From positions 2,252,602 through 2,316,601 of the forward strand of contig JAWQFM010000002.1 of the NCBI GenBank assembly GCA_033442325.1: DNA of 64,000 bases, read 5' to 3'. Of the stretch, positions 17,619 through 28,700 are shown one piece after another. How positions within the stretch are numbered: position 1 is the first letter of the stretch; each line of letters starts with the position of its first letter. The position numbers were made by a program, and so were the translations under genes. The notes beneath the pieces were generated by a model. The model had not been told where the DNA came from and did not search any database. It saw nothing but the letters and a program-made list of their open reading frames with translations. The stretch is from Salpingoeca rosetta (lineage: Eukaryota > Protista > Choanoflagellata).

Positions 17619-17718
17619 NNNNNNNNNNNNNNNNNNNNNNNNNNNNNNNNNNNNNNNNNNNNNNNNNNNNNNNNNNNNNNNNNNNNNNNNNNNNNNNNNN
17701 NNNNNNNNNNNNNNNNNN
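17619..17718. other. Assembly gap (100 N)
   Basis: Run of n characters. Confidence 1.
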
Positions 17719-17792
17719 GTGTATGTGTGTGTGTCTGCGGTGGTGTTGGTGTTGGTGGTGAGGGAGAAAAAAAAAACAAACTCTTTTCTTCG

Positions 17793-17865
<73 letters not shown>

Positions 17866-18399
17866 ACAAACAAACAAAACACACACACACACACTGGCTG
17901 GCTGCTGGGGTTTTCTCAGCAAAGTTTCTTCCCCCATTTAACCAATCACCTGCGACAAGACAGAAGACACGCCCATCTGTCGAAAGTTTGCCAATTACAA
18001 AGCGGCAAGCGGGAGCGGCATTGACAGATTATCGTCAACGCGCCATTCACAGCCACGCCCCCTTTACCAACATTTTACCACCTGTCTTTCGGTTGGAGGT
18101 ACGCCACTGCCTTTGCACAAAAGCCAAAGCTCGAGCTGTCGAGCTTTGTCAGGTATTGTTGTGGTGTCCCATTCTAGCATTCTGAGCTTTCTGTGCATTG
18201 TGTGTCAAATCATGTCACATCAACACGTTGCCTTTCATCTTTACTCAAGGACCTAAGGACACAAGGCACATGCAGAACCACAGTGCAGCAGCAGTAGCGG
18301 TAAGTTTAACACACGCCTACACAACAACACAGGCAACCAGGGTGCACTGAACGGCCCGCCAACTGCAGCGCGCACTCGCACAACGCACAACGCAGCGGA

Positions 18400-20541
18400 C
18401 GGCCACAAGAACCCATGACAACAGCGTACACCGCATCGTTCCCGGCGAGCGGCAGCCACTCAAACAGGCAGGCCGTCGCGTTGACGCGCACATGCACCTC
18501 ATTTAGCGCTGTCACCGGTGCAGCCGGCAGCGTCGTCACCAGCGCAGGTGCACTGAACGGTCCGGCCACGGCACTCGTCACACCGTGCACGCTCACGTTG
18601 TACGGCGTGGCCGGGCGAAGGTCACTGCTCGTGTATTCCCTGGCGTTGGTGTTGGTGTTGGTGGTGTTGATATTGCGGGTGTTAGTGTTTGTGTTGCTGG
18701 TGGTGTTAGGGTGTGGTGCCATTGGTGGTGAGTGTGATGATGCGGTTGAGGGGCCGGCGGCCAGGGGTTTCCATGCGCGTCTCCACGATTTGCGCATCAT
18801 ACGCCACGATGCGGCCGTTGGCGGGGGTCGGGACGCTGATGTTCACCCGCACAGCGCGCTGCCGCACCTCCAGCACCAGCGGAGCGGCGGGTCTGCTCGG
18901 CACATCCTCCGCAGTCACAACACCTGCTGTTGTAAACCCGCTCACCCCGCGACCGTGCACAGCGCGCACACGCACGTCGTAGGCGGTGAACGGAAGCAGG
19001 CCCGTGATTGTGGCGTGCAGCGGTGTTGCCAACTCGTCCATACTCGCGGGCTCGTGATCAAGATAGCGACTGCACATGGGGGAGGGGTGCGTGGGTGTGA
19101 TTTTGGGGGAAGGGAGGCGTGTGAGGCCAATAGTAGAGAGAGAGAGAGAGCAAAGATGAAGGAGGCGTACTGTGTGCATGGATCAGGTTTGGTGTGGATG
19201 TGTGCAGCAGAAATGACGCACAGTGGAAGTGCACACATGATCGTTGAGATTCGAATCGGATATGAACGTGCTCTGACACACACACACACACACACACACA
19301 CATGCGTATATACATACACACATACACACACAACACACACTCAAACTCACACTCCCCTTCACCACACACACACACACTGAGCCTCTTGTCACATACTCGC
19401 CACTGGTTGTGCGGGAGCGGTGTGCGCGTGTCACCAGGAGGGAACGAGGTATTGGTGCAGGTGACGGGGAGCCACGCGTCCGTGGTGTTGTGAAGGCGAA
19501 CATCGAGCGTGTAGTAGTCGATGGGAGCAAAGTTGCCGTGGGGCCGCGTCCACGCAGCGGTGGCACTTGTCGGTGCTGCCGATGTCACGTTGAGTGTGGA
19601 TGGCGCATCAGGATCAACTGCACGTCGCGGCATGTGTGTGTGTGTGTGTGTGTGTGTTGGGTGCGTGTGTGTGTGTGCGTGTGCGGGTGGGGTTACGTGT
19701 GAGTGTGTCAATGTGCGCACGTATCTGTGAAGGGATGTGTGACGCTGGTGCTCGCAAGGACAAACCCCATGAGTAAAGGCGTGTGCATGCGTAGTCTGTC
19801 TGAGCAAGCAAGTACACGTATCATGTCCTCATGCAGTGCGTGTGTGCGGGCGTGTACGTGTGTGTCGTGTGTCTCATGCGGGTAGGTGTGCCACACCTCG
19901 GGTGCAAATGGTGATTGGCCCCATTGTATCTGCGATGAGGTGACCAGCCACCCTCTGCGGGGCGGCGCATGCGACAAAGGGGAGGTCTTGTACAATGGAA
20001 ACCGCGTCCCGGAACCACTCCATGCCACAGCAGTACCACGGGTTGTCGCGCAAGTACCTGCAAGGTCGCAAGTAGCCAGCCGTCATCATGTCCACATGCG
20101 TGTGAGTATGTGAGTGGCTGACGAAGCAGACAACGTGGCAATGGCGGAGTGATCCAGGCACGCAAACTGTCGAGGTGCAACGTACAGTTGTGTGAGGTTG
20201 GCCCAGCGCGTGTCGTTGTTGTACACCAGCATCTCCAGCGTGTTGTTGTTCAGTCGCCTGTGTGTGTGTGTGTGGGGGGGGGTGTGTGAGAGTGTGTGTG
20301 AGAGGCTATGATATGAATGCAGATAGGATGAGCAAGGAAACTTGGTGCAAGGCTGCGTTTGTGGACGTGGATGTGGACGTCGGTGTTTAGGGGGTGTGCA
20401 CGCACGTGTGCCATGTGTGTGTGTGTTCAGTGAGGGGTGCTTTCGTTCTCGTCGTCTTCATGTGCACGTACAGGATGCTGAGTGGATTGTTGCCGATGAT
20501 GTCAATGGAAAACGATGCCAGCCGGTTGTCGGCCAGTCTCC
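18400..20541 (-). pseudogene. Fragment of an LRR + LRRCT + fibronectin type III cell-surface receptor gene
   Basis: Short LRR exons (LADNRLASFS, LNNNTLEML), LRRCT YLRDNPWYCC...VACAAPQRVAG, and FN3 motifs GLLPFTAYDVRVRAV and DLRPATPYNVSVHG. Frameshift/stop at about 18706. No start, TM or cytoplasmic part seen. Confidence 0.7.
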
Positions 20542-20629
20542 TGTCATTTGTCACGCAGGCGCACGTGTTGTGAAGATGAAGACACGTCAGCACATGCACA
20601 TGAGTAAGTTTGTAGCAGAAACGTACACA

Positions 20630-21540
20630 AAGCGAGTGTGCAGGGGTTAGGAAGGTGTGGGCAAGGAATGACGTCGTGCTGAAATACACGCGCATGTACA
20701 CACACGCATACATGCAGGGGCAAACACACACACACACACACACACATACACACGGGCGCGCGCACACACACCTTTGTTGTGCCATGCGCCACTTGGAAGA
20801 TTCCTGCCACGTAGCGCCCGCAAGCGTCTGACGTGACTGTCCGTTTGATGTTGCGGCAAGTATGCACGCCGTGCTGATTGACTGCAAACCGCTGGGATGC
20901 ATCGTGCTGGTACGGCAGAAGTGATGTGTCACCCAAGTGGGAGCGGGACGCTAGTGTTCATGTTCACGGCCCCGTTGCTGCACAGGACATGAATGGCGAA
21001 AGTGTCTGAAGCGTACACCTGCGAGCATGGAAGAGGAAAGAAGAAAAGGGGGGGGGGGTGAAGGACGAAGAAGGTTGAGTAGGTGGAGCGAGAGAGTAAA
21101 TGAGAGTGTGTGTTGTGCTGTGCTGTGTAGTGTAGTGTAGTGTAGTGTAGTGTAGTGTAGTGTAGTGTTGTGTTGTGTTGTGCGCGCGAGAGAGAGAGAG
21201 AGAGTGTGTGTGTGTGTGTCTGTGTGTGCGCGCGTGTGTGTTTTCTTCTTGCTTGCATGCAAGCACGCGCACTGATACGAGGAGTGCATGCAGACGCACG
21301 CAGTGAGTATAGATACAGACACCAATGCAAACATTGTGGGGTCAGTGGCAATGAAAGAGGCAGAAAACGGAGAGAGAGACTCGTGCACACGCTTGCACAC
21401 ACACACACACACGTACACAGACGTGTAGAGGCTCACGCTCACACGAACAAGCACAAACACACACGCGCGCCTGCATGCATGTGCCTCACTAACCAGGACG
21501 TGTCGTGAAATTCGTCACTGGCTGGGCAACTCAATACGGT
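20630..21540 (-). mobile_element. MuDR/MULE transposase remnant (N-terminal DNA-binding region), inverted homologue of 44680-46250
   Basis: Exon 21018-20772 (VYASDTFAIHVLCSN...RFAVNQHGVHTCRNIKRTVTS) matches 45629-45903, and the flanking intron sequence is also homologous. Frameshift near 20935. Boundaries approximate. Confidence 0.65.
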
Positions 21541-21772
21541 GCTCCGATGTTGGTCGCGAAATAGATGCAAGTCTCGCAGAAGTCAAAACGGTGCTGGACT
21601 CAATAATTTTACCAATCGCCAACAGCGGCAGCAGCTCATGCACTTGCCATGTTTGGCAATGACGCCATGTGAGTGTGGCAACGATCAGTTGGCAGGGTGC
21701 ACCATCACATTTCACGGTGAACAGTACACGCAACACGCATTCCAACACCAACACACTGTTCTGCAATCAACG

Positions 21773-22508
21773 ATGGGTGTACGTGGCTTCTGGTCTCTGT
21801 TTGCAGACAGCACGGTGAGTGTGCACCTCGCAGAATTCAGCGGAAGCAGGGTGGGGGTGGATGCAATGATATACCTGCACAAAGGGGTCGCGGTCGGACG
21901 CGGAATTACGGTCTGCACAGACCTTGTTGGGCGTTGTTCCAGGTTGAATATTGTGCCCGTCCTTGTCCTCGATGGTCAGGCACCGGTTATCAAGGCACCT
22001 GTACAAGCGAAGCGGCAAAGGGCAGCTTACCAACGAGGGATTGCCAGGCCGAGCCAGCACCAGTTAAAGGAATGGGCCGCCAAAAATGGAATCGGTGAGT
22101 CTGCTGGTGATACAAACTTGCCTTTGTTATGTTGGTGTTGTACAGCATTCGCACCGCACCAATCCTGTCGAAAACCTTCCCACACGTTTCACGACTCCGT
22201 CACTGACGCCACCACACCCCTACAAGCAAACGCACAGTACACCCCGCCCTAATGCAGTTCATGCACGCACCCATGTCTTGTGTACGTGCGGCGAAGAGGT
22301 GATACAGGCGCCCGGCGAAGCTGATGCCATGCTTGCCCACCTTCAACTTGAAGGCCAAATTGCAGCCATACTCACTGAGGATAGTGACCTGCTGGTGTAC
22401 GGCGCAAGGTGAGAACTGGGCGCACGCATGCACATGTAAACAATAACACACACACTCACTCATACACATACACAAGCAAACGCCCACGCATACATTCATA
22501 TCCACACG

Positions 22509-22542
<34 letters not shown>

Positions 22543-22643
22543 AGCAAACACCCACGCATACATTCATATCCACACAAACACACACACACACACACAAGCA
22601 AACACCCACGCATACATTCATATCCACACGAACACACACACAC

Positions 22644-22694
<51 letters not shown>

Positions 22695-25623
22695 AGCAAA
22701 CACCCACGCACACACATTCGACCACTCACCCGCGCACTCGCATACACACATACCCAGCAATGTGGTGTCACAAATAAAAGGCAATAGAGGAAGACGCCTC
22801 TCTGACGCCTTCGATGCTGCAAATTGCAGCAATACTGGCAGGCTGTGACTACACCAAAGGCAGGGACAACGTTGGCTTATTGACAATACTGGCAGGCTGT
22901 GACTACACCAAAGGCAGGGACAACGTTGGCTTATTGACAGCACTTCAAGAACCGTTGGCTCAAGCCAGAGCCCACGCCCACGCCCACGCCCACGCCCATG
23001 CCCACGCCCACGCCCATGCCCACGCCCACGCCCACGCCCACGCCCACGCCCACGCCCACGCCCACGCCCACACCTCCGTAGACGAACCCGAGGTAGACAA
23101 CAATTCCGAGGCCGACACCAGTCATCGCGCGCACCTTCGTACGTTTTCCTCCATCGGTCTCGGCGTACCACGCGCGAACGTAATCCAAATCTGCAGGTGC
23201 GTGAGTGTAAGCATAAGTGTGAGTGTGCTTGTGTGAAAATATGTGTGCATGTGTAATATGTGTGTATGTGCAACAGTGTGCGTGTCGATGTGATGTGCGA
23301 GAGTGTGAGAGAGAGACACGCACCAACTGCCACCTCACATGCACACGCGCGCATCTCTATATGACAGACCATTCAAAGCTTGTTCCACTCACCCTTGCCC
23401 GTTTGACGCACGCCTTGCAGATACGTGGGGGATATGCGCTGGGCGGTGACCGAAGCTATTCGGGATATGTACCTGAAGTGCGCGGAGGAGCACGACATAC
23501 TTGGTGAGTTACAGGAGCTCGCACAAACAACGAGGAAACGCTACGTTCAAGCCAAGATCGACTTTCGCAAGACAGGCAAGTGGGACAAGGAAGTCAAAAC
23601 GCCCACCGAGCCAGCTACGTTTTCAAGCAAGGTCGTTGAGCTGTCAGCCCACGGCATGGGCAGGGTGTGCACCCGCATGCGCCAGCATGCACGCAACAAG
23701 GAGGCTCGCCAACCTGACCCACAGGGAATCGAGCGTTTCTTCGGCGACCGAGTGCCAACACGGCCATCATTCATGTCTGCCACTGCGGTAAGCCATATTT
23801 GCACACTTGAAGTTGGCGATGTTCTAAACGTAAATGTACCTCGGTGTCTTGTGCGTATGTGTGTGTGTGTGTGCAAGTGGGTGAGAGTGAATGTGTGTGT
23901 GTGTGAATGAATGTGATGTGAACGGGCGTGAGTGTATGCGCTAAACGTGCATGTGTGTTTGTGCAACAGTGCGCATGTTGATGCAAGAGTGAGAGTGAGA
24001 GACATGCACCGACTGCTACCCCCGCTTCAGCTTACCAGCCACCACGCGCCACATGTTCTTTTGCTTGCAGGCTCACACTCTTCTCAATCTGCAGTTTCGC
24101 CTCATGGAGGGAAACTGCCGGCTGTACCTTCGAGTGGCGGCCCGAAAGGCAGCAGCGCGCAGTTCGCGAGCCGGTGGCGGATGTCTTGGTATTGATGATG
24201 CCCGGCTTGCTTGTGTGTCTCTGGCGGAACAGGCGCTGTTCGTCGCCGCTTTGACACACAAGCAAGGTGGTGACACTTCAGCAGTTTTCCCGCGCTTCGC
24301 TGCTCGGCACCCATTCATCACGATCGACAGTTGTGCATGTCATGCACTGAAGTGCCAAGCCAGCGTGCTGTCCAAGAACGTGCGCAGCATCCGCACAAAC
24401 GGACACATCGCATACCTGATCCAGAAGAAGGCACCTGCGACCTCCACCGCGACCTCCAGTTCCCGCAGCACTGGCACATCAAAGAAGGCGGGGAAGACTG
24501 AGGCAACTGATGTGAAGCCCGATGTGTGTCGAGTGGTGGGGTTGGACCCTGGTACACGTAAGCCGCTCGTCGCCGTAAGGCTGGGAGACGGAAAGAAGTA
24601 CACAGTTAGCCAGGCGCGACTAGTGTCTGAGTGCGGAGTGAAGGCTGGCAGAACTTCAGCTCGTGGTGCCACGTCGACAGATGGTGACGATGGTGACAAC
24701 GATGGTGACGATGACGAGGGTGACGACGTCAATTGTGATGATGATGATGATGGCGCCATCAAAGACAGTAAAGTAGGACACGGCCACCCTGAGGACAGGG
24801 GCGGTGATGATGCAAAAGGTGCTTGTGAGGACGCAAGCTCAGGGGACGACGGGCGCGGGCCTCCGGCTTTGTCCGGTCGGCGGCTGAAGCGCAAGCTTCA
24901 CACCCGGATGAAGGCAATCCGACCGTATCAGCAAAGAGCTTTGGCGGCGGCTGGGGCCAAGTCAGATTTTCTTTGGAGCCTGGTGCGTTTCATGCCCCGC
25001 TAGCTAGCGACATTGTTTGTCTGATGCCTGCGTGGTGGCGCTGTTCTAATGAAGGTTCTGTCGCGGCTTGTTTTGGTCAACGTGTGCAGTGTGCATCGTG
25101 GTCGGGGTGGTGGCGCAAAGTCCAGCACCCTTCGGCTCAGAAGGATGCTGGAAGCTCGCGCCCCTTTGCAGACAGTCGATGAGTTTCGAACCACGCGCTA
25201 CTCCCTGTGTTGCGCGTGGCCTCGCGACATTGACGCGTCCAGGCAGTCCCGGTGCAAGTCTTGCGGCGACACCCGCGATCGCGACGCGGCAGCAGCGGTC
25301 ACCATCGCGTGCAGGTAATTCTACGCTTCACACTCACTGTGCCTGCTCGCTTGTGGCTGCTTTGTTTGATTCTGACAGCTCGGTGTCTCGCTTTCCCTCT
25401 GGGACCATGCTGTAGAACCCTGACGGCGCAAGCGGGGGGGAACCTGGGCGTGTGGCAGCGGCGTACTTGCTCGCCGCAGATACCAGACCGCCACAATGCC
25501 TTGCGTCGCACGCATCGTCGTGTGCAGCGCATGTGGTCCGTCCGCATGCGAGCTGCCACCGTCGCCAACCGTCTTCTGAAGCTGAACTCCAGGCTAGGGA
25601 AGACCTCACCTCACCGGCAGTGA
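21773..25623 (+). pseudogene. XPG/EXO1-type 5' nuclease fused to a Fanzor (TnpB-like RuvC) nuclease; 7 exons, one frameshift
   Basis: Exons 21773-22094, 22297-22408, 22758-23196, 23421-23787, 24071-24982, 25055-25314 and 25416-25623 are all GT-AG and phase-compatible. XPG motifs: MGVRGFW, VGVDA, VLVLDG, IQAPGEADA, LTEDSDLLVYG, AILAGCDY. Fanzor motifs: SIRTNG, VVGLDPG, VDEFRTTRYSLCC, CKSCGDTRDRDAAAAVTI. Frameshift at about 22800. Confidence 0.85.
22830..22937 (+). repeat. Exact 54-bp tandem duplication (ILAGCDYTKGRDNVGLLT x2) in the H3TH motif
   Basis: caatactggcaggctgtgactacaccaaaggcagggacaacgttggcttattga occurs at 22830 and again at 22884. Confidence 0.95.
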
Positions 25624-25648
25624 CGCAGTCGTGTACCTTTCTTGCGTG

Positions 25649-25769
25649 TTAGCATTTGTTTGGGTATCACTGGCCCGCAATGCGATGTACTTGTTGGTGC
25701 GCGTGTTATGCATACACATTCCACAAGTCGTCACGAAGAGACAGATACATCGTGTACAAGCAAAGCTGG
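25649..25769 (+). ncRNA. Candidate Fanzor omega-RNA scaffold
   Basis: Nested complementary segments lie just after the Fanzor stop: 25651-25661 with 25758-25767, 25662-25665 with 25673-25676, 25680-25689 with 25746-25755, 25690-25697 with 25721-25727, and 25703-25706 with 25714-25717. The position matches the 3'/right-end location of TnpB and Fanzor guide RNAs. Confidence 0.55.
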
Positions 25770-28700
25770 GATGGTGGAGAGCCAAGCGCAAGCGCGATGC
25801 TCACGTCCAGGAACACGTCCTCATACACGGGCTGGCAGTTGTGGTCGCGGAGGCCGGCGAGCGGGCGCGTGGTTGGGCGTGACAGAGACGCTGTGGTCGT
25901 CGACGCAAGGGGAAACCACACACGCACATCCACGGATGCAGCAACGGCCGTGCCAGACACGCGCACCGTCACAGACACCCGTGATTGGCCCTCAATCTCC
26001 GTGCCCAGCAGCACCACGGCAGTGCAGTCCGCCGCAACACGCACAACGCTCTGCTTGCCACTCTCACATGCAAGTGCTGTGGTTGACGGCGACACGGGCG
26101 CGATGGTGCCTCGTGCTCCGCCGACCACAGAGCAAGCGCACTTGAAACAGTGTTGCCGTCCAGCCTTGCCGTGTTGATGAGCTCCGCTTGCGCCAAGTGC
26201 GGAAGAAGCGCAACAAGCGTGTTGGCTGCGACGGGGACATACCCAATGCTCTTGGAGGCGAGCACGCCGCGGTTGCGATGCAGGTGCAGTGCGGGGCTGG
26301 GCAGTGGGTAGAAGCCCTCCAGCTGCAGGTTGCGGCCCTGCAGGTCAACAAAGCCCACCACCGTTGCCTGAAGCTCAGAGAAGCGGCCCTCCACGGCCTG
26401 TGGCATCACTGCCATCTCAATCGTGCACAGCACCTCGGGGCTGGCGTAGCTGCTGCTGCCACCGCCACCCGACTGCTGCACCTGGCGCTGCAAGCTGATG
26501 GCGAGGGTGGTGTTGCCGCTCGTCGATGTGCGGGCGGACCAGCCAGGCGCCGCAACCACGCGCACGAAGCGAAGCGCGTCAGAGTCAATCATGTCCATGC
26601 GCAGCACAACAGCAGACACACCGCGGTCGGCTTGCGCATACACGGCCAGCTGTGTCGTATCCTCGCGATACACCGGTGCAAACGGCACCAGCACAGCCAC
26701 GGTGTTGCGCACCCTCGCTGTAATGGCGGGGCGTGACGCAAGCTGCAGCTGTCCTGGCAGCTCTTGCATGAACGCAGAGGCAGAAAGAGAAGCGCCAATG
26801 CCGTACGCGACCGTGACTGCGCGCATGGCAGCCGGTGTGCCGTCGCTGTTCTCAAGGGGGAACCATGACTGAGGCACACTCGTCCACGTAATGCAGCCTG
26901 AAGAAGCGGCGCTCATCTCACACCACGCCTGTACGCTCACGTCCTTCTTGGTGCCGTCACCATCAGTGTCCACACGTGCGCTCAGCGTGATGCTGACAGT
27001 GGTGGCAGCAGTGCGCATGTTGAAGCTGGCGTCGCGCGCTTGCAGGTGCACCCACACGTGCGGAGCGTCAAACCACACCGTGCTGGCAGACAGCAGCGTC
27101 GCCACCACGTCGTGCGCTGGCTGGCGAGGAACATCAACGTCCTCCTCCGCTTGCAAAGATGCCCACGCAGCGCTCAGCCGCGTCGTCACCGTGTCAGTGG
27201 TCGCACTGTCGGTGATGACCTCTGGGTTGGTGCCTGGCAGCAGCAGGTACGGCTGCGTGAAGGCGACAGAGGACACGCGAACGGGCTGCTGCTGGAACAG
27301 CGCTGAGTGCTCGACCTGCATCTGTGGCACGGGATACACGCTGGAGATGTTGCAGGTTGGGCCCTCAAACTCCACCGGGCACGCGCACATGTAGTGGCGC
27401 GCCTGCGCGTCCTGCACGCACGTGCCGCCGTTGGCGCAGAACGCATCCGAGCCCTCGTTGCAGTCGCACACGTCGCCGATGCCGTTGCTGTCGCTGTCGC
27501 GCTGCTGCGGGTTGAACACGCGCGGGCAGTTGTCCTTGTCGTCAAACACGCCATCGCCGTCTGTGTCTGCGCGCTCGGCGGGGCAGTCGTCACGAGCCAG
27601 CATCACGTCTGGGAACTCCTCGCTGTCGCTGTTCACTTCCAACGAAGCAATGTTCTCCAGCAGGAACGGGCCAATGAAACACAGGTTCGAGTTGTTGGCA
27701 ATCACCCACGAGCCACCGTACGACTGCAGGCTCGCCAGTGCACCCACGTCCAGCAAGACGGTGTTGTCGCGAACGAGGATGTCACCGTCCACGCGCGCAA
27801 GGTTGGAAGGTCCATCGAGCGTCATCAGGCGCAGGTTGTTGCGAACAATCACATCGCCTGCAATCTGCAGTACTGCAGCCAGGCCGTTGACGCGAAGCAG
27901 GAAGTCGTTGTTCTCCAACACAAATGATCCTTGCAGCCACATGGGCAGGTTCACTGCTTCCAGCGACACGAGACTCGAATGGCGAATAATCACGCTGCCG
28001 CACGTGCTGGGCTCCAGGCCCTGCAAGGTGGAAGGGCCAGCATCGGCCACCACCAGTTTGCCATCGATGGTGGTGAGCGCAGAGAGGCCGGACACGGTGC
28101 GCAGCTGTGCGTTGTTCTCAAGCACGAGGCCGCCAACCCATGTCAGGTTTGCAAGGCCACGCAGAGACACAAGATGGTCGTTGTTGCGCAGCGCAAGCAC
28201 GCCCGCGACACGCTGCAGGTTTGAGAGCGAAGCGAGGTGGGCGATGGTGGCGTTTGCTGTATCGTCACCCGTGGCGTTCGCAGGTGCAGCCGTAATGGAG
28301 ATGGTGACGTTGCTGTGGAAGACACGACACTCTGCAAGCAAGGCCAGGTCTTCGTATGTGGTCACGGTGGCAGTGGCGCCCGCTTGGTCGAGGAAGCAGT
28401 CGCGTGCAAATTCGCATCTGTCACCCGAGAACCCGGATGGGCATTGGCAATAGAAGCCAGCCACGCGGTCCTCACACAGACCACCGTTGAGGCAGGGCTC
28501 AGCCAGGCAGTCGTCAGCATCAATGCAGGACGCCGTGCTGGAGACCATGCCATTGTCCTGGCACACCTCCGTGAACGTGGTGGGCCCGTCCACGAGTCCG
28601 TTGGTCGTGTATCCTTGCAAGCAGGCCACGCCCACTTGCTCCATGAACGCGAGCTGCTGCGATGCGTCGTCGCCATCAACAAGGCTGCCGTTGACGACCA

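Noticed and set aside
17300-17620. Possible short minus-strand exons (GTAAGC and GTAAGA donors) next to the gap
   Set aside because: No recognisable product, and the assembly gap interrupts the region. They could be UTR exons of the MFS gene.
22478-22710. Three or four spaced repeats (CACCCACGCATACATTCATATCCACAC) inside the nuclease locus, superficially CRISPR-like
   Set aside because: The spacers are CA microsatellite rather than unique sequence. This is an intronic compound repeat.
25001-25003. TAG stop apparently splitting the Fanzor RuvC
   Set aside because: It lies inside a phase-0 GT-AG intron (24983-25054) that has a branch motif.
20500-25800. TIRs or TSD delimiting the XPG-Fanzor element
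   Set aside because: No convincing inverted repeat of the 25740-25770 end or target duplication was found by eye. A multi-copy alignment is needed.
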